Shown here piece by piece: positions 29,441 through 44,574 of a stretch of 64,000 nucleotides of DNA. How positions within the stretch are numbered: position 1 is the stretch's first letter; each line of letters opens with the position of its first letter. Location: NCBI RefSeq assembly GCF_009914755.1, contig NC_060941.1; one strand, given 5' to 3'. The notes below the pieces were generated by a model. It saw only the letters and a list, made by a program, of their open reading frames with translations, ran no database searches and was not told the DNA's origin. A program made the position numbers and the translations under genes. This DNA is from the human T2T-CHM13v2.0 reference genome, Homo sapiens.

Positions 29441-32400
29441 TGCACATTGTGCACATAATTTAAGCATACATTATAAAAACGGCACCAGGGGCTCATTGGA
29501 TCTGGATTTGTTTGCTGATGTCAGTGAGGCGTGGTGAAATTTAAACTTTAATAAAAGCCCATTTCTTTTTCATTTTTTTTATTTTTTAGAGACAGGGTCT
29601 CATTTTGTCACCCAGGCTGGAGGGCAATGGCGAGATCCTAGCTCACTGTAACTTCAGACTCCTGGGCTTAAGCGATCCTCCTGCCTCAACCTTCCAAGTA
29701 GCGAGGACTATGTCTATTTGCTTCAGCCAGGAATACCCAGGTCCCAGTTAGGGTCTAATTAGGGCCATGAGGAAGGCCCGTGGGCTGCTGGCCCCCTCCC
29801 CTCCCCCAGGCCGCCCTCTGTACCCCTCTGCGATCGAGGGCAGGTAATCCCTGCCCCAGCAGTGCGGGTACAACCTCTCTCCCGCTCCTCCGCCTCCGTT
29901 TCTTTGGGCTGTCTCTTTGGTGCTCCCTGCCTGGGAGACCTATTTCTGGCTTGTAGGCAACATTATTTAAAGTAACAGTTCCGCCCACTGCCTTTCCTAC
30001 CAGGGAAACCCACTTCACTCCACCCAAATTGCAGCTCTCGTCTCCCTGCCTCCCAGGCGGGTGGAAGAGGCATTTGGCCAGCTTCTCGGTTTGTGAGTCC
30101 AGCGCACTGTAAGCACCTCCGATAATGACAGTAACAGCACTCATTATCCCCAATGCGCTCCCTCCTGGGCCACCAAGACACACTCAGCCCACAGCTCTGC
30201 CTGCCCCACTCACCCGTAGCTGCCAGCCCAGCAGGAGACTGGCTGAGTCCAGCCCCATCCAGGTCACCCCGGGGGTGGGGGGTGGATTAAATGGCTCCTG
30301 GAGGAGCAGCAGGGCCGGAGCTGAAGGGTCCACACCTGATCCACTCAAGAGGAAGTGCAGTGTTGGAGAAGGCACCAGGACTTCCACCTCAGGGGGACTT
30401 ACACTTGACTTTCACTTCTGTTCTTTCTTAGATGTGTGGCCCAGGCAAGTTATGGGACCTTGCAAGCCTTAGTTTCCCTGACTGTAAAATGGGAATAATG
30501 ATGGCCATCTTTGATGTGGGCATCCAGCGAGGCCGTGGATACAAATGCCTGCACAAATGCTTGCCAAGTGAAGGGGCAAATGTAAGAGTCATTGGCGGGG
30601 AGGCTCAGAGAGGAGGGTGAAGCAGAGGCCCTCCCCCTAGAATGGGGATCCTCTAGGGGCTTCAGCCAAGCACTAGGGGAGCATGGAGTCCCCTGCCTGG
30701 CACATTCCTCGGCTTCTGACCCCTCAACCTCCCAGTCACCTCCATGTGCCTCCTTGAGGTGGAAGAGCAGGAACCTGGCTCCTCCAGGGATGAGGAACAG
30801 TGACGGTGGCTGGGTGACCTGCAACCTTAATCTCTATTCAACGAGGAAGAGCTGCTGGGTTGTGGCCTCTGGGAGCCAGCACACACCTGCATTCACCTAC
30901 CCCTAGGTCCTTTCAAAGGACTGCTCTTTATTTATTTATTATAGGAAATATATTCACAATTCAAAATTCAAAGAAAAGAAAAAGTACACAGCAAAACGTC
31001 TCTCCCACCCTTGTCCCCCAGCTGCCCTGTCATCCTGATCCCCAACATACACAGGGAGGAAACGACTGTCATTAGTTTCCTGAGTGTCTTTTCAGAACTT
31101 CTTTATGCAAATGCAAGCAAATACGCATTTAGAATCCCTCCCCATTATAAACAGGAGACATGGCCTCCTGTAGGCACTGTTCTGCTCCTTGCTTTGTGCA
31201 AGTGACAATGTATCTCAAAAATCTTTCCGTAGCTGTGCATGGAGCTTCCTCGGGCTTTTTGACAGCTGCAGAGTATTGAGGAATCTTCCGGGTGGAGGAA
31301 GATTTGCTTTCTCCCAGTTCAATGGTCAAAAGCAGCAGGCGGTAGAGAGAGCACCTCAGGGGCTGGGCTTGGGGCTGGGGGCAGAAAGAGGGCAGTGAAG
31401 GAAGATACGCCAAGAATCCACACCCGTTCTCGTCATCTCCATCACAGATTGTCCTGATTTTAATCCGGCAGGACCCTGCGGCTCAGTCCACTCTTCGAAG
31501 ATGAAGAGATGAGCTCAGGGTGGAGGGCGCAAGACAACAGTGGGAGGAAGAGCCAGGACAGATAATTGGATTTTTAGGGACAAGAGAGGAGCAGGGGGGA
31601 CAATAACAGCCTAACAAATGTGGCATCTTCTCCAGCACATGAGGAAACACACAATGCCCTTTTTGGTTCGAGTCCTTGAGTGTCACAGTTGATATTTAAA
31701 ATGATTCTTACTCGCATTAAATAAGATATTTCAATTCCACGAAGCTGTCAGGAGCTGATGCGGACACCAGAAATAATAGGCACACTCTCCTTGTATTGTC
31801 CTCGTTAATAAATCAGACGCCTGGAGATGCACGCGGTGATGCTCCCATGGAGGAAGGAGGTGTGTGTGAGTGCACATGTGCACACTTGTGCACATACACG
31901 GAGCACACTCATGCATACTCACCCATGGTACAACGCACATTCATGCACGCCGTGCTGTGCACACACATGCAAACTCATGCAATCCACCTCCCTGCAAACT
32001 CATACATGACTGTGCACATACATTTGTGCACACACATGTTTGGATGAGGCCTCCTCTCCTCAAGTGAACTGTGCTCAGGTAGAGAAGGCAGGTGGGTCAT
32101 CATGTCCACTGGGGGGTCAGGGGACCATGTGTGCCTGCTGCCTGCAGGTGTCGCCCCAGATGTCTGAGGCCAACACAGGTTCCAGGAACAGCAGTGGGCC
32201 ACTGAGCTCGGAAACCCAGATTTCCTTCCCTCTCCCCATGGACTTTTGGGCAGCAGGCAGGAGAAGCAGCAAGTGCTGAGCATGTGCATGTCTGTGCGTG
32301 TGTGTGTGTGTGTCCTCAGACACCTGTGAGCACACACTGGGCCTGTTCCTGCAGCAGGAAGACTTAGGTGGTGATCGAGGACCTGGCCACTGGACTGGTG

Positions 32401-32548
32401 GCCGGCTAGAAAAAGACTGACTATATTTGTGGATTTGCTTTTGCAAAGATTCTTCAGGAAATCGGGCAAAACTCTGTCCAGGGCGATCAAAAGGGAAAAG
32501 AACATGTACCAGGTAATAAATAATAACAATATACCATTATGCAATTAA

Positions 32549-32946
<398 letters not shown>

Positions 32947-33582
32947 AAGTTTTATTTTCTTTATCATCACCCAGGTATTAAGCCTAGTACCCAATAGTTA
33001 TTTTTTTCTGCTCCTCTCCCTCTAGGACTTTAACGTATCCACTCATCTGATCCTCACAGTACTGCAGAGGCAGTGCTAACATAAACCTCGGTTCACAGAT
33101 GAGAAAAACGGGGCCCAGAGAGAGAAAGTAACTTACCCCAGGTCACACAGCTAAGTACCTAGAATGATGGGACAGTCTGGCCCATTGACAACATGAACCT
33201 AACGGGATATGTATCCGATGGCTTGGGGTCTCTCATTCCTAGGGTAAGAAGAGGATAGTTCGGCTGTCTACCTCCTCCTGCTTCACATAGACAGAGGCAG
33301 AGTATTTCTGGGCAGGGCCTAAATTTTGATCTAGGCCATGTTAATCAAAAATTGTTGCTGAGTGCTGGCCAGTCTAGTACACTGGAGGCCCAGGAAGAAG
33401 GAGCTGGATGGCTTGGGCAGCCCCTTTAGTGGATCTTTTGATTGTGGAAGGAGAGGCTCAGGCATGGAAAGGGTTGAGGCAAACAGAGCTCACCTGTTCG
33501 GTATGATCAAGTGGCTGTAATGTTGAATTTCCCTTCTGGTAGCAGCCCTAAGGATCTGCTGGGGGTGAGTGGGGGTGAAAAT

Positions 33583-33732
33583 GAGAGACAGAGACAGAGA
33601 GAGACAGTCAGAGAGACAGAGAGATCTAGGGAGAAAGAGAGAGAGACAGGGAGGCTGAGATGGAGAGAGACACACACAGAGAAACAGAGTCAGAGAAAGA
33701 GACAAAGAGAGACAGGGGACAGAGACAGAGAG
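33583..33732. repeat. GA/GACA-rich low-complexity tract
   Basis: (GAGACA)n-like. Confidence 0.85.
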
Positions 33733-34319
33733 GTAAAGCCCTCTCCCCATGTAGGACACAGCCAGAGGCCGGGTAGTTGGGAGCAGGCTGGCCAGGGAGG
33801 GTGATGTCAGCTGCACCCTGTGGTGAGGACAGCCAGGGCACCTCAGGAACAGCAATGTCTGTTTTTCTATTTTAAGCAGTTTCTGTCCTGTGCTGTAATT
33901 CCCCTCCCACATCTTCGGTGAGAGTTGGTGACAGGCACAGCCTGTTCTGTGGATGGTACTTGGGGAAGGATGCTGTGCTCCTGGCTGGGAGGCTACAGGG
34001 CCGCCATTTGAAGGGGAGGCAGCAGCCTCAGGAGGGGAAGGGTTAGGGGAAGATCCGGAATTGGTTCTGGAGCAGGCACTGGGGAGGGGACAGGCAAGCC
34101 CAGGCGAGCTGAGCACGGGGTTCCAGAATCCTTGGAAGGTGGGGGAGGGCCCTGGACTTGTCCCCTCCCAGAGGACAGACACTGGGATAGGGAAGGATTC
34201 TGTGTCCCTCGGAGGAGGGGGGACTTGGGCACAGTGTGTTCCCCCCACCTTCTAGGGAACCTGAGGGTGGAGAGGGGGTACCCGCAGTGGACAGAACAGG
34301 GAGGAACCCCTGACTCTGA

Positions 34320-34922
34320 TGTGATGGTTAATTTTAGGTGTCAACTTGACTGGGATGAAGGATGCCTGCCCAGACAGCTGGTAAAGGATGGTCTGGGTGT
34401 GTCTGTGAGGGTGTTTCTAGAAGAGATCAGTATTTGGATCAGCAGATGGAGTAAAGAAGAGAGAGACAGGGAGACAGAGAAACAGAGACAGAGAAAGAGA
34501 GAGACAGAAAGACAGGAGACAGAGTGGTGAAAGCCCTCTCCCCTCGCAGGACGTAGCCGGATCCCTCACCAACGCAGGACGGAACCATCCAATCCACTGA
34601 GGGCTCGGATGGCACAAAAAGGCGGAGGGAGGAGGAATGTGCTGTCTTGGGAGGAGACGCCCATCTTCTCCTGCCCTTGGACGCTGGGGCTCCTGGTTCC
34701 CGGCCTGCAGACTCTAGGACTTACACCCATGGGCTCTCGGTTTCCAGGCCTTTGGGCCCAGACTGAATTACGGTACTGGATTTCTTGGGTTTCCAGCTTG
34801 CAGGCGGCAGTTGGTGTTCTTGGCTGGCCTCCATAACCACATGGGCCAAGTCCCATAACGAACCTTGTGCATCTGTCTCTCTCCCATTGCTTCTGCTTCT
34901 CTGCACAACCCCGACTAATACA
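34320..34922 (+). mobile_element. MLT2-type ERVL solo LTR with a ~100-bp insertion (34461-34560)
   Basis: TGTGATGGTTAATTTTAGGTGTCAACTTGACTGG start and GACTAATACA end. Confidence 0.85.
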
Positions 34923-34945
34923 CCGACCGTAGAATATGGGAGATA

Positions 34946-35247
34946 GGCCGGGTGTGGTGGCTCACGCCTGGAATCCCAGCACTTTGGGAGGCTGAGGCAG
35001 GAGGATCACCTGAGGTCAGGAGTTCAAGACCAGCCTGGCCAACATGGTGAAACCCCACCTCTACTACCAATACAAAAATTAGTGGGGCATGGTGGCGTGT
35101 GCCTGTAATCCTGGCTACTCAAGAGGCTGAGGCAGGAGAATCTCTTGAACCAGGGAGTTGGAGGTTGCAGTGAGCCAAGATCACATCACTGTGCTCTGGC
35201 CTGCGTGACAAGACTCCATCTCAAAAAAAAAAAAGAAGAAGAAGAAG
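34946..35247 (+). mobile_element. Alu (AluSx-like)
   Basis: Full dimer with an A/GAA tail. Confidence 0.92.
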
Positions 35248-36090
35248 CAGGTCTGTCTCCTGTTGGTTCTGGTTCCTCATAGGGCTGAGCAGGGCAGGAT
35301 ACAGATGTGTCTGAAAGCGGCTGCTCAGCCGAGGCACAACCTGGGGCTTGCACAAGCACCTGCTGCTGGGCGGTTTGCTTCATAAGGGGAGGAGATGTCT
35401 CAGGGCCTGCTGGCCACCACTGAGCCTCCCCCGCTTTGCCAGAAAAGCCCGTGAGGCTCCGATTGATCCCCCGGCCCTGCGGTCAATGAGAGGATGGCGG
35501 TGTTATCGAGCTGGGGGCCGCTATCCCGGTGACAGCTCTGGCTTGCGATGGCTGGGGGAAGGCGTCTGTCGGCCCTGGGACCTTCTGGGCCAATTAAGTG
35601 CTCTCAATGAACAAGGATAAGGACTTCATTAAACTGTGATCCATCAGCCCAGTGGTCCCCACAGAGGTCTGGCTGGATGAGAAAGCAAAGGAGAGAGCTG
35701 AGGGAGCCAGTGAGGTGAGATGAGGGCAGGACAGGGCTGGGAGCCCAAGACGGCTACTCCTCCTGGGTGAGCGGGACTCCCACTGCTTGAGAAAATAAGC
35801 AGGGATCCCTCCCTAAATAACAACCACAGTAGCAGCATCGGGTTGTGAGCCAAACACTTGACACACGCTATCTGGTTCATTCCCAGGTCAACTACAGGGG
35901 AAGGGACTCCTCTTCCCATTTTACAGCCAGGGGACCTGGGCTCAGAGAGGTTGAGCATGTGGCCTGAAGTCACCCAGCTAGGAGGCAGCAAAGTGATTCC
36001 CTTTCAGGCCCATGTGACCCCATCCGTGCTCCTGCCCTATACCTGCCCGCCCTGACCCGTCCTGGGGCCCTCAAGACTGCTCTGCGGTAG

Positions 36091-36812
<722 letters not shown>

Positions 36813-37504
36813 TAGGAGCAGAAAGGAATGAAAAACCACAGAAGACAAGCCCTGTCCAGGGTATAAGGAGTTAAAACTCAGTCTTCAGTTTAAATGGCTG
36901 GGAAAAAAGAAATGCTGAGATTTGAGGGAGGCAGTGTGGTTATTTTATTTTATTTTTTAAAAAACAAGAAAACAGAAAAGCAAAATGAAAGGAGCATCTC
37001 CTCTCACCTCGATTACAATTGTGCTTTAGAATTTCCTCACCGCTCCCAGCTCCTCCGGCTCGGGGAGGAAAGCCTCGCCACCCAGCTCCCACTCCTGGGG
37101 TTGGGGAGGACTCCTTTGTCCCGGGCTCCTGGCACCCGGCTGAAATTCTTTATGATTCTTTTCATGCCAAGGTGGATCAGAAAGAAACCAAATTAAGACA
37201 AGCTGATAAAGAGGCTGCATGGAAACCAGGCTTCAGGGAACCAAGGGGCTGGGGCTCTGTGGCCGAATCATGGTGGGTGGCCAGAGCAGCCCCATGGACC
37301 CACTTCTCCGGGCTCACTCCAGCCTCCCAGGTGTGCAGGGGAGACTCAGTTGCTTCTCAAACTGGGAGAAGCGGCCTCCTAATAAGACCTGCTGAATGCA
37401 CAGTGGTGCTGGCTGAGAAGCCTCTTCCCTCACAGTGAGTGGGTTCCCTGATGCGAGAGGCCCTACTTGTTTGAGGGAAGCAGGACACTGGGGCATCCAG
37501 GGGC

Positions 37505-38085
<581 letters not shown>

Positions 38086-38514
38086 CAGCTGAGGCTTGAG
38101 CCGTGGGGTGACTTAGAGATGGGCGGGACTTGGTAGGGTGTGTGTATGTGGAGAGGTGGGAGCTGGGCCTCTCCACCTCCCTCCTGAGGGCAGGAAGGCT
38201 CAGGTAAGTGCAGGTGCTGATGGAGGCTGAGGGGGCAAGGGAAGAAAAGGAGGAGGTGCTGTCCAGTGCTGATCCTGAGGGGAAGGCAAGGATGGTTGAA
38301 GAGTGCCAGGCGTGATAAGTAGATGTCAGAGACAGAGATTCCTGAGACATCGACTGTGGTGCTGGCCAGAGAAAGAGCCTGGCTGGGATAACGGGGAGGC
38401 TGGACTTCATGGCTGGGCCAGTCCCCACCAGGCCTTATGGGCTGGGCTGAAGAATTTGGGCCTTTTCCTGAGGATAGTAGAAATATGCTGAGGGTATTAA
38501 CCAGGGCTATAAAA

Positions 38515-38842
38515 CAGAGCTTAGCAAACTATATTCATGGGTCAAATCTACAGCCACAGCCTCTACAATAGGTGTACCAGGAAGAAAGAGTTCACACATT
38601 TTTAGCAAAATATAACGATATCAAGTGTAATGTTTCATGTCAGATGAAAATTATATGATATTCAAATTTCTGTATCCATAAATAGTTTTACTGGGACACA
38701 GCCATGCACATTTGTGGACACAGCGTCTGCAGCTGCTCTCCTGCTGCACAGGCAGAGTTGAAGGTTGCCATAAACTGTGTGGCCTGTGAACCCTCAAACA
38801 TTCACTGTCTGTCCTGGACCAGAAAATGCTTGCCAACCCCTG
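38515..38842. mobile_element. MER58-like hAT element
   Basis: AGCAAACTA...TAAATAGTTTTACTGGGACACAGCCATGC...TTGCCAACCCCTG. Confidence 0.75.
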
Positions 38843-39277
38843 GTGCAAAATAGGCAGGTTTACATGTGTACGAAGGTCACTCTGACTGCAGACTGGAGAG
38901 GGAACTGGAGTTGGTCAAGGCCACAGGGTTAGAGGCCAATTTGGTCTTTGCCATAGACTGGAGAGAGGTGATGGGGCTGACCATGTACAATGATGCTGGG
39001 GGGCCAGGGGACAGTGGAAAGATGTCACTGGTGCTAGCATGAGGGGGCACCTGATGGTCTGGGGTAGGCGGCAGTTTCAGTGGGCACAGCTGGCAAGGAG
39101 AGGAGGGGTCTGGACAGGTGGAGAATGCAAAGTTGTGTGCTAAAAAGAGGAGAGTGGCTCCCGGCAAGAGAGGGAATGTGGGGCAGAGGGAAGTCTATAG
39201 GAGGGACTTTGGTTTTTAAAGATGTGAGACTTGAGCAGGTTTAAACATTGGTGGTGGGAGCAGTTAGGAGAAGTAGA

Positions 39278-39583
39278 GGCTGAGAGCAGTGACTCACATC
39301 TGTAATCCCATCACTTTGGGAAGCCGAGGCAGGGGGACGGCTTGAGGCCAGGAGTTTGAGACCAACCTGGGCAACATAGCAAGAATCTATCTCTACCAAA
39401 AAATAAAACAATTAGCCAAGTGTGGAGGCATGTGCTTGTAGTCCCAGCTACTTGGGAGGCTGAGGAAGGAGGATTGCTTGAGACCAGGAGTTGGAGGCTA
39501 CAGTAAGCTATGATTGCACCACTGCACTACAGCCTGAGTGACAGAGTGAGACTCTGCTTCTAAAAAAAAAAAAAAAAAAAAAA
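39278..39583 (+). mobile_element. AluJ-like
   Basis: Diverged full dimer with poly-A tail. Confidence 0.88.
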
Positions 39584-39875
39584 GAGGCAGAAAGAGAGGG
39601 CAAGTGATGGAGCCAACAGCCAGCTCCTGAGGGTCTGGGGTCCTGTACCCAGTGGAGTGCAGTCCCTGGCAGAAGGAGAGGCCTGGTAGGGCAGAGTTAA
39701 CTGAAGCAGGGTGACAGGAAGTGGGAGAAATCAATTCCTTACAATGCTCCTACTTCCTGGGGAAGGGGGCAGTGAAGGGAGGGGCGGTGGGCTGGCGGTT
39801 CAAAACAGCATCTGTGGAGGATGAGTAACCTGACTGGGAAACTGTGGGAAGGCACAGGTGAGGGCAGTAGCTTGA

Positions 39876-40190
<315 letters not shown>

Positions 40191-40897
40191 TGACTTTGTA
40201 CAGGTGCTATCTACACAGGTGGCTGGCTTTCTTCAGCAGGGCTCAGTAGCCTTATGGAAGGAGCAAGGTGGGTTGAAAGTTGGGCTGACCCAAGGCTGGG
40301 GCTCTTCCAGAAAGCTGTGACAGATGGACCCCAATGCCAGGGGGCTGAAGACACTGGCAAGAGGGAGGCTGAGATGGTGATGACTGGGTCCACTGGCTGG
40401 GGAAGCAGGTTCAGCCAGCAGGCAACTGACGGATGGGGCGGGAGGGCCAGGGTAAGAGGTGGAAGGCGTTCCACAGCCCTGCTGCTCACAGTGAGGTGTG
40501 GGGACCAGCCACAGGAGCGTCACCTGGGAGCGGGTCAGAAATGCAGAATCTTGGGCCCCACCCCAGACCTGCTGATCAGAATCTGCATGTGTGGTGTTCC
40601 CAGGGTGAGTCCTTGCACACACAACTTTACCATGCTCTGTGATGAGATGGAGCCACGGGTGTGAGGGAGATGGGAGGTCAGAATCAAGGCTTCAAATGGG
40701 AAACGGGTCTAGGTGATGACGGAGGTCAGGGTGCTGCCTCATCGGTCCTCAGGTTCCCAGTCTGTGAGATGACTTTGATCATAGTTAATGAAAAGGCTGA
40801 TCATAGCCCCAAAGAGTCACAGTCTTTAACAACCTCGGCTGTGGCTTCAGACAACCCTTTACTCTGGTCCCAGCTCTGTCACTCACTGAGCACGTGA

Positions 40898-41266
<369 letters not shown>

Positions 41267-41296
41267 AAGATGGCTGTCTTATAGAAAATACAAGTT

Positions 41297-41894
41297 CAGG
41301 CAGCTCGCTGTAAGGCTTGTTTTCAAACACACATTTGTTCCACTGCGATTGATATATTAGAGAACGATATGAGCATCTGTGGATTTTGCATTTGCTGTGC
41401 ACAGTTTTGTCTGCAAGAAGCAGGAGTCAATACAGAAAATTGCACCCAGCTGAGGTGGGATGCACAGTTGTGCACAAAATGCACACAGCTCTGGGGTCCC
41501 CAGCTCACTGCAAATGTTACACACCCACACCTGGTGTTGCAACTTTTTTTTTTTTTTTTCCAATTTCCGACAACCTTCCTTCTACCACTTAACAGTAACT
41601 TATAAGCTGCACCCCTTCTGACACCCACTTCCGCAAGCACACTGGGAGCCTTTTCCAAGGCAAAGTGCCATAAGTATTATAGTAGTTATGCGTTTCTTAA
41701 CCATTTAATATGTGTAAAATTGTGCAATTATCTTCATTAAGTTCCTTTCTTTTTTAATGTGTTGCTAATGAAGTTTTTGCGTGTTGCTGCCCCCACTCCA
41801 TTTCCCCCGTAAGCCCTTTGTTTTTTATCGCACAGTTTGGCATAGCATGGTGATTTCTACCAACGTATCCGTCACACAGCAGCAGAACTGACTG
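41297..41894. mobile_element. Probable ancient Tigger-type DNA transposon
   Basis: Degenerate inverted ends CAGGCAGCTCGCTG and CAGCAGAACTGACTG; recognised only loosely. Confidence 0.45.
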
Positions 41895-43473
41895 CAAAGT
41901 GCTTAGCACAGCGCTTGACGTTCGGTAAGCAGTCACGAAATGTGTCCTTATGTGGTTTCCCACTGTTATGAATCATTCTACCCATACTGGAGCTACACCA
42001 TGCCAGACACTGTGTTAGGCACTGGGAATTAGCAGTAATAATGACAACAACAAAAGCAATAGCAATACCCTTGTCTCCATGTACTGTGGTATCAGCAGCT
42101 GCTTGTGTTTAGGTGAAAACGTTACTGCTGCTGCCACACTTGGCTTAGAAATGCACTGTTCCCCAGCTCTACTTCGAGTCCATTCATTTCCTGTTGCTAC
42201 CCACGAAGACAATAGTGGTCAGTTCCCTGGAGGCCAGAGGGAAGGAGTTAAACATCAGGTCTTTCAGCATCTCCAAATCCCAGGGACCTTAAGGGAATGA
42301 AGACTTGGTCATCTTTGGGGAGGAATGACTTTGTCAAGCTAATTCATACTACGATTGGAGGTGGCGGGGTAAGTGGATTGGAAGCATTAACTTGGAGGGG
42401 GGTACCAGGCAGGGATTGGTGAGTTGTGATGGCATGAACCCTGCCAAGCACCGCCCAGATGGCCGGAGCTTCCTGTCCCGCTGAGTCCTGCTCTCTGGGA
42501 TTCACCAGGCTCTGGGTTTCCTTAGACCAGATGTTCCAGGATTACTGGATGTTGATAAGGCTGGAGGATGAGCCACAGTCTCCAGGTTGTTCCCTATAAC
42601 GAGCTTGGTAGGTCAAGGGATGCTGGAAAGAGGCCGCCCTGGTGTGCCTGCTGTTGGCAGCCCTGCCTGAAGGCCAGCATTGACCCTCTATATCTGCTGC
42701 AAGGCTTCAGGTGTGGCTGAGGCTCTCTGCTCTGGGATCTGTATCTATACTTATGCCCACCGCTATATCATCAATGTCTATTTCAACCTAGGTAGAGTAG
42801 CTAACTTTAATTTGGCCAACAAAAAAGTGAAACAACAAAAGCAAAAAATCTGTCATGCAGATTTCATTTTCTTTGTTAAAAAGGCCATTTTTAACATCAA
42901 AAGAGGACAAAGGGCACAGAGTTTTCTGCAAAGAGTGGATTTACCATCATGAGAACCTGCCACGTGGCCCTGGTTTTGACTAGTTCACAGCAGACTTCTT
43001 ACACCACCACCCCGGGCCTTCCTCCACGACTGAGCACCAGAGCTTGAGAACTGTGTCCTTTCTCAGAGCCGCCCTGCTCTCTGGGGTTGCGTTCTGACTT
43101 TTTTGGCGGCCTGTCTTGACTTCCCTAGCAAGGCTGCAAGCTCCACCTGTTTTTGGAGTGCCCCTGGTACCTGACACTTTGTCTAACTCACAGTGGGTGA
43201 TCAAGAAGCCGGGGCAGGCCCACTGCTTGCAGGGCTGGAGGGCACCCTGATAAAGCACAGCACAAAGGCGTCCCAAGTCAAACTACTCGGCTTTGCTCTG
43301 CCCAGGTAGCTCTGCTCTAAGGGATGGTAGACACAGGTGGAGAAGGAGGGTTTTTGATTGGGTATTCCACTTGCTGTGTGACCTTAGGCAAGCTGCCTAA
43401 TCTCTCTGTGCCTCCATTTCCTTATCCATAAAATAGGAGTTGTAACAATACTTACTAATATGGGCCAGGCAGT

Positions 43474-43777
43474 GTTTTTTTTTTTTTTTTTTGAGATGGG
43501 TTTTTTTTTTTTTGGTCACCCAGGCTGGAGTGCAGTGGGGTAATCTCAGCTCACTGCAGCCTCGACCTCCTGGGTTCAAGTGATCCCCCCAAGTAGCTAG
43601 GACTACAGGCATGCACCACCACACTTGGCTAATTTTTGTATTATTATTATTATGTTTTAAGAGACAGGGTCTTGCCATGTTGTCCATGCTGGTCTCGAAC
43701 CCCTGAGCTCAAGTGATCCACCACCCCTTGGCCTCCTAAAATGCTAGGATTACAGGCGTGAACCACCACACCTGGCC
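43474..43777 (-). mobile_element. AluJ-like, between MIR fragments
   Basis: TSD CCAGGCAGTGTT; MIR cores at ~43370-43460 and ~43790-44100. Confidence 0.85.
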
Positions 43778-44325
43778 CCAGGCAGTGTTCTAAGCATTTC
43801 ACATGTGATAATGCATTTACTCCTTATTAACCACCCTACGAGGTCAGAAATAATAATATCCAAATGTGGCAGATAAAAAAGATCAGGAAACCAAGGAACA
43901 AAGATGTTAAGGAACTTGCCCAAGTTTGCATGGCCAGTAGTTGGCAGAGCCCCAGTGGGCTTCTAGATTTTGTGCTCTTAACCACCCTACTATAGCCCCT
44001 ACCTGAAGATCCAGTGTGAGGATTAAATGAGTTAATACATGTAGTGTGCTTAGGATATGGGCTGGCGTAAGGCATAGTCGGCAATCTTTAAGAGTTAGCT
44101 GTTGCCATTATTATTAATGTTATTACTACTCCTTCATCTGTCCTTGCTCTCAGCATCCTCTAACAGCACCCTGACACGGCTCAACATATCCTTATCTAGG
44201 ACAAGCCCTGGCCCAGCAAAGCAGCCTGGGGAGCTTCAGTCCCAGGTGTCAGAAGCTATGACCCTGGCTGCTGGGAGCCTTACGCCCCAGAGCCAACTCC
44301 TCTCTCTGCCTTTCTGTTTTTTGGC

Positions 44326-44574
44326 TTTTTTTTTTTTTTTTTTGAGACAGGGTCTTGCTCTGTCACCCAGGCTGGAGTACAGTGGCACGATCACGGCTCA
44401 CTGCAGCCTTGACCGCCTGGGCTCCAGCGATCCTCCCACCTCAACCTCTCAAGGAACTGGGACTACAGGCGTGCACCACTATGCCCAGCTAACATTTTTA
44501 TTTTTAGTAGAGACGAGGTCTCGCTATGTTGCACAGGTCTCTGTGCTTGCAAGCGTGAGCCACTGTGCCTGGCC
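44326..44574 (-). mobile_element. AluJ-like, internally deleted
   Basis: Antisense Alu lacking part of the left arm. Confidence 0.8.

Noticed and set aside
33490-34248. 252-aa minus-strand ORF
   Set aside because: Spans a GA low-complexity tract and GC-rich DNA; no recognisable protein.
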